Of a stretch of DNA of 24,253 nucleotides, positions 1 through 8,024 are shown one piece after another. This DNA is from an uncultured Gemmatimonadota bacterium (GTDB lineage Bacteria > Gemmatimonadota > Gemmatimonadetes > Palauibacterales > Palauibacteraceae). Numbering within the stretch: position 1 is the stretch's first letter; every line of letters starts with the position of its first letter. The stretch is from the NCBI GenBank assembly GCA_964479295.1, contig CAYZLN010000004.1, positions 1 to 24,253 of the forward strand. The letters are read 5' to 3'. The position numbers and the translations under genes are program-made. The notes under the pieces are model-generated. The model worked only from the letters and a program-made list of their open reading frames with translations. It made no database searches and was not told where the DNA came from.

Positions 1-4
1 GCCC

Positions 5-34
5 TTGACGTCGACCCGCCGCCGTCGCTACAAT
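5..34 (+). promoter_or_regulatory. sigma70-type promoter of the dcw operon (-35 TTGACG 5-10, 18-bp spacer, -10 TACAAT 29-34)
   Basis: Near-consensus hexamers at plausible spacing, 65 bp upstream of mraZ; such AT-rich hexamers are rare in this GC-rich window. Confidence 0.85.
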
Positions 35-67
35 GGGGCTTGGTGGTAGAAAGTGGGATGAAGTGGT
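33..67 (+). promoter_or_regulatory. MraZ operator (DCW boxes): ATGGG 33-37, GTGGT 43-47, GTGGG 53-57, GTGGT 63-67
   Basis: Four (A/G)TGG(G/T) pentamers with exact 10-bp period between the -10 element and mraZ, matching the established GTGG(G)-N5 repeat architecture bound by MraZ. Confidence 0.85.
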
Positions 68-99
68 AAGAACCTCCGCAGACCGGGACAAGGTGACCG

Positions 100-528
100 T
101 TGAGCGGGTTCCTCGGGAGCTACCGGCATTCGCTGGACGCCAAGGGGCGGGTGAGCCTGCCGGCGCCCTTCCGGCGGGAGGGCGGTGAGAGCTTCGTCCT
201 GATCCGGTTCCACCCGGAAGCGCTGACGCTGTACCCGCGGGACGCGTGGCAGGACGTGGAGGAGGAGCTCCGGGAGATGCTGGAGCGGCGCCCGGATTTC
301 CGGCCGTGGGTGCTCCGGCTGACCGGGGCCGCCCGACACGCGAGCCTGGACGGCCAGGGGAGGATCCTGATTCCCGACGGGCTCCGCGAGGAGGTGGCCC
401 TGGAGGACGAGGCACTCATCGTGGGGGCGCTCGACAAGATCGAGATCTGGGACCCGGAGACGTTCGACGAGCGCACGGAGGGGACGGACGAGGAGTTCGA
501 GGAGCTGGCGGCCTCGATCTTCGCCTGA
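100..528 (+). CDS. mraZ: Division/cell wall cluster transcriptional repressor MraZ (142 aa)
   Basis: Two SpoVT/AbrB repeats with DxxGR motifs (LDAKGRVSLP, LDGQGRILIP); first gene of the dcw cluster. TTG start is forced by an in-frame TGA at 94-96; AGGTGA SD-like at 91-96. Confidence 0.97.
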   Translation: MSGFLGSYRHSLDAKGRVSLPAPFRREGGESFVLIRFHPEALTLYPRDAWQDVEEELREMLERRPDFRPWVLRLTGAARHASLDGQGRILIPDGLREEVALEDEALIVGALDKIEIWDPETFDERTEGTDEEFEELAASIFA

Positions 529-542
529 CGGGGCGGCCGCCC

Positions 543-1487
543 GTGGCGGACGCCGAGGAGTTCGGGCACGAGCCGGTGATGGTGGCCGAGGTGCTCGCGC
601 ACCTCCGGCCGCGGGCCGGCCTCTTCCTGGACGGCACCGTGGGCGGAGGCGGGCACGCCCGGGCCCTCCTGGAGGCCGCGCGGGAGGCGCGGCTCCTGGG
701 GCTGGACCGGGACCCCGAGGCCGTGGAGGCCGCCCGGGGACGGCTGGCCGATTTCGACGAGAGGATGCAGATCCTCCGGGGCGACTTCCGCGACGCCCCG
801 GAGCAACTGGAGCGGAGCGAGTTCGAGACAGAGCGTCTGGTGGGGGCACTGCTGGACCTGGGGGTGTCGTCCCACCAGATCGAGACAACGGCTCGCGGGT
901 TCTCCTTCCGTCCGGGTACACCGTTAATCATGCGGATGGGCGGGACAACCGGCGGTCGGAGGCCCGCAGCCGCTTTTCTGAACGAGGCGTCCGAGGAAGA
1001 GCTCGGGCGCGTGTTTCGAGAGTACGCGGAAGAGCGCCGCTGGCGGCGGCTGGCGCGAGAGGTGATTCGACAGCGCGAGGCGCGGCCGCTGGAGACCAGC
1101 GACGACCTCGTCGAGGCGCTGGAGCGGGCCCTCGGGCGTCCGCCGCGGCCCAGGGACAAGGCCCGCGTCTTCCAGGCGGTCCGCATCGCCGTGAACCGGG
1201 AGCTGCAGGCCCTGGAAGAAGGCCTCCCCCGGATCCGCGACCGCCTGGCGCAGGAGGGCCGTATCGTCGTGATCTCCTACCACTCCCTGGAGGACCGCAT
1301 CGTCAAGAACGCCTTCAGGGAATGGAGCCGGTCGTGCGTGTGCCCGCCCGGGCTGCCCGTGTGCCGCTGCCGGGGCGAGCCCCTCGGCCGGCGGGTCGTC
1401 GACGGCCCGGTGACCCCCTCGCCGGAGGAGGTCCGGGCGAACCCCGGGGCCCGGAGCGCGAAGCTGCGGGCGTGGGAGGCGTCGTGA
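543..1487 (+). CDS. rsmH: 16S rRNA C1402 N4-methyltransferase RsmH/MraW (314 aa)
   Basis: HEPVM, DGTVGGGGHA, GLDRD, DLGVSSHQ, FQAVRIAVN, ISYHSLEDRIVK and NPGARSAKLR motifs. GTG start at 543 chosen inside the longer 246..1487 ORF, whose upstream part overlaps mraZ. Confidence 0.96.
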   Translation: MADAEEFGHEPVMVAEVLAHLRPRAGLFLDGTVGGGGHARALLEAAREARLLGLDRDPEAVEAARGRLADFDERMQILRGDFRDAPEQLERSEFETERLVGALLDLGVSSHQIETTARGFSFRPGTPLIMRMGGTTGGRRPAAAFLNEASEEELGRVFREYAEERRWRRLAREVIRQREARPLETSDDLVEALERALGRPPRPRDKARVFQAVRIAVNRELQALEEGLPRIRDRLAQEGRIVVISYHSLEDRIVKNAFREWSRSCVCPPGLPVCRCRGEPLGRRVVDGPVTPSPEEVRANPGARSAKLRAWEAS

Positions 1488-1819
1488 GCAGGGCGCGTCG
1501 CCGCTTCCGGCTCCGCCGCTGGGGCCGGCGGGCCTTCGTCGCGGCCACTTCGGTCGCCCTGGGCGGCGCCATGCTCGCCGCCGCCGATCGAGGGTCGGAG
1601 GCCCGGAGCGTGTCGGACGAGATCGACCGGCTGGAGCAGCGTGAGGCCGTCGCCCGGGGCCGCGTCGCCGGGGCCATGCGCCGCGTGGACTCCCTGAGCT
1701 CGCGCGACCGGATCGCCCGGGCCGCGTCCCGGCTCGGGCTGCGTCCGGCCAGCGACGAGGAGATCACATTCCTGCGGTCGGACGCGCCCCGGCGGGACGA
1801 GAGGAGCGGAAGCCGATGA
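1484..1819 (+). CDS. ftsL: Cell division protein FtsL-like (111 aa)
   Basis: Position between rsmH and ftsI; GTGA overlap with the rsmH stop; Arg-rich N-terminus, one hydrophobic segment, predicted coiled coil, and C-terminal 'RIARAASRLGLRP' typical of FtsL. Sequence is weakly conserved, so the call rests on synteny and architecture. Confidence 0.8.
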   Translation: MSRARRRFRLRRWGRRAFVAATSVALGGAMLAAADRGSEARSVSDEIDRLEQREAVARGRVAGAMRRVDSLSSRDRIARAASRLGLRPASDEEITFLRSDAPRRDERSGSR

Positions 1820-3816
1820 CGAGCCACGACGAGACGGACGGGCGGCGCAGGGGACGCCTCTTCCGCCGGCGCCTCCGCGTGATCGTCGCGGGATGGATCC
1901 TCCTCGCCCTGGCGTGCGGCTTCCGGGCCGGTCAGCTCCAGCTCACCGAGGCCGAGCAGTGGCGTGAGATCGCCCGGACCCAGAACCGGGCGCGGACCGA
2001 GATCCCCGCCACCCGCGGCGGCATCTACGACCGGAGCGGCGAGCCGCTGGCGCTGGCGTCCCACGAGTTCCGGGCCTACCTGGCCCCGGACGAGACCCGG
2101 AGCCCGGCGGAGGCGGCGTCGGCCGTGGCCCGGGTGCTGGGGCTGAGCCCCTCCCAGGAGCGCAGGCTCCGCTCGCGGAACGACGGCTGGGTGGCCCTCC
2201 CCCGGAGGGTCTCGGCCGAGGAGCGCGACCGCCTGCAGGCGGCCGTGCGCAGGGGGCTCCACTTCGAGCGGCTCTCGTCCCGGGTCTTCCCGCAGGGCCC
2301 GCTGGCGCGTCCCCTCCTGGGCGCCGTGGACGAGGACGGCCACGGGTCGTCGGGCCTCGAGCTGGCCCTGGACTCCCTCCTGGAGGGCGAGCCGGGGGCG
2401 GCGGTCGCACGCAGGGACGCCCGGGGGCGGACGTACCGGCTCCCCGACGCCCAGATCTCCGCCCCGCGGCCCGGGCAGGACGTCCGGTTGACCCTGGACG
2501 CCGACCTGCAGCGGATCGCCGAGGACGCCCTGGAGCGCGCCCTGCGGGAGACGGGGGCCGCCGGCGGCGACGTCCTGATGCTCGACCCGGAGACCGGGGA
2601 GATCCTGGCGGTGGCCAGCCGCCGCGCGGGGGGGCAGGGGGGCGTCGGGGCGTTCACCTCGCCCTACGAGCCGGGGTCGACGCTCAAGCCGTTCCTGCTG
2701 GCCAGCCTCCTCGCCGAAGACCGTGCGGAGCTGGACGAGCGGGTGGACACCGAGGAGGGCAGGCTCCGGCGGCACGGGCGCGTCATACGGGACGTGCATC
2801 CGCGGGACACCCTCACGGTGTCCGAGGTCGTGCGGTACTCCAGCAACGTGGGCGCGGCCAAGCTGGCCGGGCGGCTCGAGCCCGGGCTCCAGTACAGCTA
2901 CCTGAGGGACTTCGGCTTCGGCACCCCGACGGGGATCGGGTACCCGTCCGAGTCGGGGGGGAGGCTGCGCCGCCCCGAGCGGTGGTCGGCGCTCAGCCAG
3001 GCCTCCCTCGCCATGGGCTACGAGGTCTCGGTCACCTCCCTCCAGCTCGCCGCCGCGTACGGCGCGCTGGCGAACGACGGCGTCCTCATGCGCCCGTACC
3101 TGGTCCGGGAGGTGCGCGACCCGGACGGCGAGGTGGTCCGTCGCCGACACCCCGAGCCCATCCGCCGGGTGGTGCCCGGGGACGTGGCGGACGCCGTCGA
3201 CGGCGTGCTGAGCCGGGTCGTGGAGGGGGGCACGGGCTCCCGTGCGGCGCTGGCGACGCTGCCGGTGGCCGGCAAGACGGGCACGGCGCGGGTGGCGTCG
3301 GGGGGGCGCTACGAGGACGGGCGGTACGGAGCGTCCTTCGTCGGGTACACACCCGTCGAGGACCCCAGCCTGGTCGTGCTCATCAAGCTCAACGACCCGC
3401 AGGGCGAGTACTACGGCGGCCTCACGGCGGCGCCGATCAGCCGCTCCACCCTGCAGGCCGCGCTGGCCACCCGCGGCGTCGCGATGCCCGTCGGCCCCGG
3501 CCCGTCGTCGGGGGGCGCCGAGGTGTCGTGGGGCGGAGGGGACGCCGGCGCCCGGGACCACCGGGGGCCGTTCGTCTTCGCCGTGAGCGGGTCGACCCCG
3601 GGGGCCGGCGCCGGGACGCGGGCCCGCGAGGCCCCGGACCGGGAGCCGGAGGCCCGGACGCTTCCCGACCTCCGGGGGCTGTCCCTGCGGACGGCGGTCG
3701 GTCGCCTGCACGAGCTCGGCCTCCGTCCCCGGGTCGAAGGGTCGGGCCCGGTGTCCGGCCAGGATCCGGCGCCCGGCGCGCGCCTGACGCCCGGGGCCCG
3801 GGTGGTCCTCCGCTGA
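1816..3816 (+). CDS. ftsI: Class B penicillin-binding protein FtsI/PBP3 with C-terminal PASTA domain (666 aa)
   Basis: N-terminal TM anchor, RGGIYDRSG, GLE, SxxK (STLK 2677-2688), SxN (SSN 2839-2847), KTG (3274-3282), PASTA-like tail (LPDLRGLSLRTA...GPVSGQDPAPG); ATGA overlap with ftsL. Confidence 0.95.
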   Translation: MTSHDETDGRRRGRLFRRRLRVIVAGWILLALACGFRAGQLQLTEAEQWREIARTQNRARTEIPATRGGIYDRSGEPLALASHEFRAYLAPDETRSPAEAASAVARVLGLSPSQERRLRSRNDGWVALPRRVSAEERDRLQAAVRRGLHFERLSSRVFPQGPLARPLLGAVDEDGHGSSGLELALDSLLEGEPGAAVARRDARGRTYRLPDAQISAPRPGQDVRLTLDADLQRIAEDALERALRETGAAGGDVLMLDPETGEILAVASRRAGGQGGVGAFTSPYEPGSTLKPFLLASLLAEDRAELDERVDTEEGRLRRHGRVIRDVHPRDTLTVSEVVRYSSNVGAAKLAGRLEPGLQYSYLRDFGFGTPTGIGYPSESGGRLRRPERWSALSQASLAMGYEVSVTSLQLAAAYGALANDGVLMRPYLVREVRDPDGEVVRRRHPEPIRRVVPGDVADAVDGVLSRVVEGGTGSRAALATLPVAGKTGTARVASGGRYEDGRYGASFVGYTPVEDPSLVVLIKLNDPQGEYYGGLTAAPISRSTLQAALATRGVAMPVGPGPSSGGAEVSWGGGDAGARDHRGPFVFAVSGSTPGAGAGTRAREAPDREPEARTLPDLRGLSLRTAVGRLHELGLRPRVEGSGPVSGQDPAPGARLTPGARVVLR

Positions 3817-3923
3817 CGGCCCCCGGCGAGCACTCCACGGCGGCGGGACGGGAGCCGGACGGGGGCGGCAGCGGGCCCCTCGCGGGGCCCCACGCCACGG
3901 ACGAAGCCAGGAGCGAAGACGCA

Positions 3924-5405
3924 TTGGTGTCCGCGCGAGACGTCGAGCAGAGGCTGCGCGAGAACGGGCTCGAGCCCCGGTGGAGGGGCACGCCCCCGGC
4001 GGGCTTCTCGGCGTTCGCCGACGACTCGCGTGAGGTGGAGGAGGGCGGGCTCTTCTGCGCCGTCCGCGGACACGAGGCCGACGGCCACGAGTTCGTCGGC
4101 GACGCACGGTCGGCGGGGGCGGCCGCGGCGGTCGTGGAGCACGAGGTCGAGGCCGGCGGGCTGCCGCAGGTCGTGGTCGAGGACAGCCGCGCGGCGGCGG
4201 CCCACCTGGCGGCGCTCTTCGTGGACGACCCGGCGCGGGACCTCCGGGTGACGGGGGTCACGGGAACCGACGGCAAGACCACCACGGCCTGGCTCCTCCG
4301 GCACCTGCTCTCGTCCCTGGGCCCGACGGCTTCGCTGGGGACGCTCGGCGTGATCCGACCGGGGGGCGAGCGGAAGCCCCAGGACCTGACCACCCCGGGC
4401 CCGGTGAGGCTCGCCGCCGCGCTGGCCGGCCTGCGCGACTCCGGCGCGGACCGCGTCGTGATGGAGGTCTCCTCCCACGCCCTGGACCAGCGGCGCGTCG
4501 ACGCGGTCGAGCTGGCCGGCCTCGTCCTCACCAACCTCAGCCGGGAACACCAGGACTACCACGCCGACATGGAGAGCTACCGCGCGGCGAAGCTCCGGGC
4601 CCTGGAGCTGCTGGCGCCGGACGCGGTCTGCGCCGTGAACGCCGACGAGGAGGCGTGGGAAGGGATCGACCTCCCGCGGGGGCGGGCGGTCACGTACGGC
4701 GTCGGGGGCGACGCCGACGTCCGGGCCGAGGAGGTCCGGGCGGTCGAGGGAGGCACCCGGTGGCGGCTCGTGGCGCCGGGAGGGTCGGCCGAGGTGACGC
4801 TTCCCCTGCCCGGCAGCTTCAACGTCCACAACGCACTGGGCGCGGCTGCGCTGGCGACGTCCGAGGGGATGGGGCCCGCGGCGGTGGCCGATCTCCTGTC
4901 CGGCGCGCCCCAGGTGCCGGGGCGGATGGAGGTGCTGCACCGGGGGGACGTGCTCGTGGTCCGCGACTACGCCCACACCCCCGAGGCCCTGCGCCGGGTG
5001 CTGGTCGAGCTGCGCCCCGAGCGGGGACGGCTCTTCCTGGTCTTCGGCTGCGGGGGCGACCGGGACCGGGGGAAGCGGCCCCTCATGGGCCGGGCGGCGG
5101 CCGAGGAGGCCGACCACGCCTTCGTCACCACCGACAACCCCCGGTCGGAGGACCCGGAGGAGATCGCCCGGCAGGTGACGGAGGGGATGGGACCCGGCGA
5201 CGCGGACGTGGTGCTGGACAGGCGGGAGGCCATCGCCCGGGCGCTCGAGACGGCGGGGCCGGGGGACGTGGTGCTCCTGAGCGGGAAGGGCCACGAGGAC
5301 TACCAGGACCTCGGCGACGGGAAGGTGCCGTTCGACGAGGCCCGGATCGTGGCCGAGCTCGTCGGGCGGTCCGACGGGGGCCCGGCCGCGGGGAGGGAGC
5401 CGTGA
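3924..5405 (+). CDS. murE: UDP-MurNAc-tripeptide synthetase MurE, likely meso-DAP-adding (493 aa from TTG 3924)
   Basis: FCAVRG, P-loop TGTDGKTT, LTTPG, MEVSSHALDQ, DYAHTP, VFGCGGDRD, DNPR (meso-DAP specificity motif), GKGHE. Start uncertain: TTG 3924 has AGGAG at 3909-3913; alternatives are GTG 3927 or CTG 3813. Confidence 0.95.
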   Translation: MVSARDVEQRLRENGLEPRWRGTPPAGFSAFADDSREVEEGGLFCAVRGHEADGHEFVGDARSAGAAAAVVEHEVEAGGLPQVVVEDSRAAAAHLAALFVDDPARDLRVTGVTGTDGKTTTAWLLRHLLSSLGPTASLGTLGVIRPGGERKPQDLTTPGPVRLAAALAGLRDSGADRVVMEVSSHALDQRRVDAVELAGLVLTNLSREHQDYHADMESYRAAKLRALELLAPDAVCAVNADEEAWEGIDLPRGRAVTYGVGGDADVRAEEVRAVEGGTRWRLVAPGGSAEVTLPLPGSFNVHNALGAAALATSEGMGPAAVADLLSGAPQVPGRMEVLHRGDVLVVRDYAHTPEALRRVLVELRPERGRLFLVFGCGGDRDRGKRPLMGRAAAEEADHAFVTTDNPRSEDPEEIARQVTEGMGPGDADVVLDRREAIARALETAGPGDVVLLSGKGHEDYQDLGDGKVPFDEARIVAELVGRSDGGPAAGREP

Positions 5406-6916
5406 GCCCGGCGCTGGACTCGGCCCGCGTGCGCGACGCCCTGGGGCTCGACGGCGAGGGGGACGCCTCGCCGGGCCGGCCCCGCGGGGCGGAAGGCGGC
5501 GGATCGGGGCGGCGGTACACGTCGGTGGTCGTGGACAGCCGGGAGGTGGAGCCGGGCGCCCTCTTCTTCGCCCTCTCGGGCGAGCGCCACCACGGCTTCG
5601 ACTTCCTCGACGAGGCGGCCGGACGCGGGGCGCTGGGGGCGGTGGTGCCCCGGGGCCGCGACCTGCCCGATCTGGACCTCGAGTGGTTCCCGGTCGAGGA
5701 CCCCCGGAGAGCGCTCCTGCGGCTGGCCGCCGCTCTCCGCCGGGACACCCCCGCCCGGGTGGTGGGGATCACGGGCAGCTCGGGCAAGACGACCGTGAAG
5801 GAGATGGCCGCGGAGGCGCTGGGCGGGGCCCCGTCCGTGCACCGCACGGAGGGGAACCTGAACAGCCAGGTCGGCCTGCCCCTCTCCGTCCTCTCGGCCC
5901 CCGAGGAGGCGGAGACGTGGGTGCTGGAGATGGGGACCAGCGCGCCCGGGGAGATCGCGCGGCTCGTCGAGGTCGCCCGCCCCGACCACGCCGTGGTGAC
6001 CACGGTGGGGCCGGCGCACCTCGAGCAGCTCGGGGACGTGGAGGGCGTGCTGGACGAGAAGCTCGACCTGGTGCGGGGCGCCCCCGACGACGGCGTCGTC
6101 GTGGTGGGGGAGCGCCCGGCCGAGCTGCCCCGCGCGGCCCTGAGGATCCGGCCCGACGCCGTGGTGGCCGGCCTCGGGAGGGACGCCGACTGGCGGCCGG
6201 AGAGCTGGTCGGTGGAGGCCGGGGCCGTGGCCTTCGAGCGGGGGGGCGTCCGGTATCGGGTGGACGCCGGCGGCGAGCACCACCTCCGGGACGCGGTCAT
6301 GGCGGCGGCCCTGGCCGACGCGCTCGGCGTCGACGCCGCGGAGGCGGCCCGCGGGCTGCGGTCGTTCCGTCCCCTGGGGATGCGCGGCGCCCTGGAGCGG
6401 CTCGACGGCCTGGCGGTCGTGGCGGACTGCTACAACGCGAACCCGGAGTCCTTCGACGCGGCGGTGGACTACTGCGTCGAGGCCTTCGGCGACCGGGCCA
6501 GGGCGGCGGCCGTGGGCAGCATGCTCGAGCTGGGGGAACGGTCGCCCGAAGCGCACCGGGCCGTGGCCCGTCGGCTCCTCGACGAGGGCTTCTCGCCGGT
6601 GGTGGCCACCGGGGAGTTCGTCCCGGCGTTCCGCGACCTGGGACACGGGGGAGAAGGGCGGGTGCTCTACGCGGACTCGCCGGAGGACGCCGGCCGCCGT
6701 CTGGCCGAGCGGCTGGACGGCGGGGAGGTGGTCCTGGTCAAGGGCTCGAGAGGCGCCCGGCTGGAGGAGGCGGTCGAGGTCCTCCGGGCGGAGTTCGGGC
6801 GGCCGGGGGGAGCGTCGGGCGGCGGGGGCGGGGACGGCGGCGGGTCCCGCCCCGCGCCGGCGGCCGTGGCGGACGGCCCGGGCGCCGCGGGCGCCGGCCC
6901 GGAGGGGGGCGCCTGA
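5402..6916 (+). CDS. murF: UDP-MurNAc-pentapeptide synthetase MurF (504 aa)
   Basis: DSREV, LFFALSGE, ITGSSGKTTVKEM, GNLNSQVGLP, LEMG, DCYNANPES, GSMLELG, LVKGSRG; GTGA overlap with murE. Confidence 0.96.
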   Translation: MSPALDSARVRDALGLDGEGDASPGRPRGAEGGGSGRRYTSVVVDSREVEPGALFFALSGERHHGFDFLDEAAGRGALGAVVPRGRDLPDLDLEWFPVEDPRRALLRLAAALRRDTPARVVGITGSSGKTTVKEMAAEALGGAPSVHRTEGNLNSQVGLPLSVLSAPEEAETWVLEMGTSAPGEIARLVEVARPDHAVVTTVGPAHLEQLGDVEGVLDEKLDLVRGAPDDGVVVVGERPAELPRAALRIRPDAVVAGLGRDADWRPESWSVEAGAVAFERGGVRYRVDAGGEHHLRDAVMAAALADALGVDAAEAARGLRSFRPLGMRGALERLDGLAVVADCYNANPESFDAAVDYCVEAFGDRARAAAVGSMLELGERSPEAHRAVARRLLDEGFSPVVATGEFVPAFRDLGHGGEGRVLYADSPEDAGRRLAERLDGGEVVLVKGSRGARLEEAVEVLRAEFGRPGGASGGGGGDGGGSRPAPAAVADGPGAAGAGPEGGA

Positions 6917-6917
6917 C

Positions 6918-8024
6918 GTGCTCTACCACGTGCTCTTCCCGATGGCCGACGAGTTCATCGTCTTCAACCTGTTCCAGTACATCTCCTTCCGGTCCGCCGG
7001 GGCGATGGGGACCGCGCTCGTCACGACCTTCCTGGTGGGGCCTCCGGTGATCCGCTGGCTCGAGGACCTGGGGTGGGGCGAGGTGGTGCGGCTCGACGGC
7101 CCCGAGAGCCATCTGGAGAAGGCGGGCACCCCCACCATGGGCGGCCTGATCGTGCTGGCGGCCGTGCTCGTGGCGACGATCCTCTGGGCCCGGTGGGACG
7201 AGCCCTACGTGCAGATCGCCGCCGTCGTGACGGCCTGGATGGGGGCCATCGGCTTCACCGACGACTACCTCAAGGTGGTCCGGCACGAGTCGCGGGGCCT
7301 CATCGCGCGGCACAAGCTCACGTGGCAGCTCGTCCTCGGTCTCGGGCTGGGGGCGGTCCTCCTGTTCCACCCCCTCTCCGAGCACAGCCCGACCCAGACC
7401 ATGCTGCCCTTCTTCAAGGACCTCCAGATCGCCATCTGGGCGCCGCTCTTCCCCGTGTTCGTGGCGGCGGTGATCACCGGCAGCTCCAACGCGGTCAACC
7501 TCACCGACGGCCTCGACGGCCTCGCGGCCGGGCTGAGCGCGATCGCGGTCCTGACCTTCGGGTTCTTCGCCTACGTCATCGGGCGCGTGGACACGTCGGC
7601 CTACCTGGGGGTCTTCTACCTCCCGGGCGCCGGCGAGCTGACCGTCTTCTGCGCCGCCGTCGCCGGGGCGGCCATCGGCTTCCTCTGGTTCAACGCCCCG
7701 CCGGCCCAGGTCTTCATGGGCGACACGGGGTCCCTGGCGCTGGGCGGGGCCATCGGCGCCGTCGCCGTCCTGCTGAAGTCGGAGTTCCTGCTGCTCATCA
7801 TCGGCGGCGTGTTCGTCGCCGAGGCGGTCTCGGTGCTGCTCCAGACCGGATGGTTCAAGCTCACGCGCTGGCGGACCGGGTCCGGCAGGCGCGTCTTCCG
7901 GATGGCCCCGCTCCACCACCACTTCGAGAAGCTGGGATGGCCGGAGACGCGGGTGGTCATCCGCTTCTACATCCTCGCCATCGTGTGCGCCATCCTGGGC
8001 CTCGCCACCCTGAAGATCCGATGA
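6918..8024 (+). CDS. mraY: Phospho-MurNAc-pentapeptide transferase MraY (368 aa)
   Basis: Multi-pass membrane protein with KAGTPTMGG, GFTDDYLK, SNAVNLTDGLDGL, FMGDTGSL, FRMAPLHHHFE; GTG start with GGAGG-like SD inside the murF tail. Confidence 0.98.
   Translation: MLYHVLFPMADEFIVFNLFQYISFRSAGAMGTALVTTFLVGPPVIRWLEDLGWGEVVRLDGPESHLEKAGTPTMGGLIVLAAVLVATILWARWDEPYVQIAAVVTAWMGAIGFTDDYLKVVRHESRGLIARHKLTWQLVLGLGLGAVLLFHPLSEHSPTQTMLPFFKDLQIAIWAPLFPVFVAAVITGSSNAVNLTDGLDGLAAGLSAIAVLTFGFFAYVIGRVDTSAYLGVFYLPGAGELTVFCAAVAGAAIGFLWFNAPPAQVFMGDTGSLALGGAIGAVAVLLKSEFLLLIIGGVFVAEAVSVLLQTGWFKLTRWRTGSGRRVFRMAPLHHHFEKLGWPETRVVIRFYILAIVCAILGLATLKIR

Noticed and set aside
900-1066. Partial resemblances in the rsmH tract to dif, parS (TGTTTC at 1012), sigma54 (CTGGCGCG...GTGAT at 1050) and TTCTCC-N17-GTTAAT
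   Set aside because: Each lacks essential parts: no XerD arm, no palindrome, no invariant -12 GC, poor hexamers.
924-1283. Antisense 119-aa ORF ending at the TAA created by the rare TTA codon, as an explanation of the rsmH tract
   Set aside because: Codon-aligned shadow frame that extends well beyond the tract, with no SD or recognisable domain.
1345-1370. CxC...CxC cluster in the RsmH C-terminus (CVCPPGLPVCRC)
   Set aside because: Common insertion in many RsmH proteins; not unusual.
1484-1530. Twin-arginine-like RRRF in the FtsL N-terminus
   Set aside because: Consistent with positive-inside residues before a bitopic anchor in an Arg-rich high-GC protein; does not fit the Tat consensus well.
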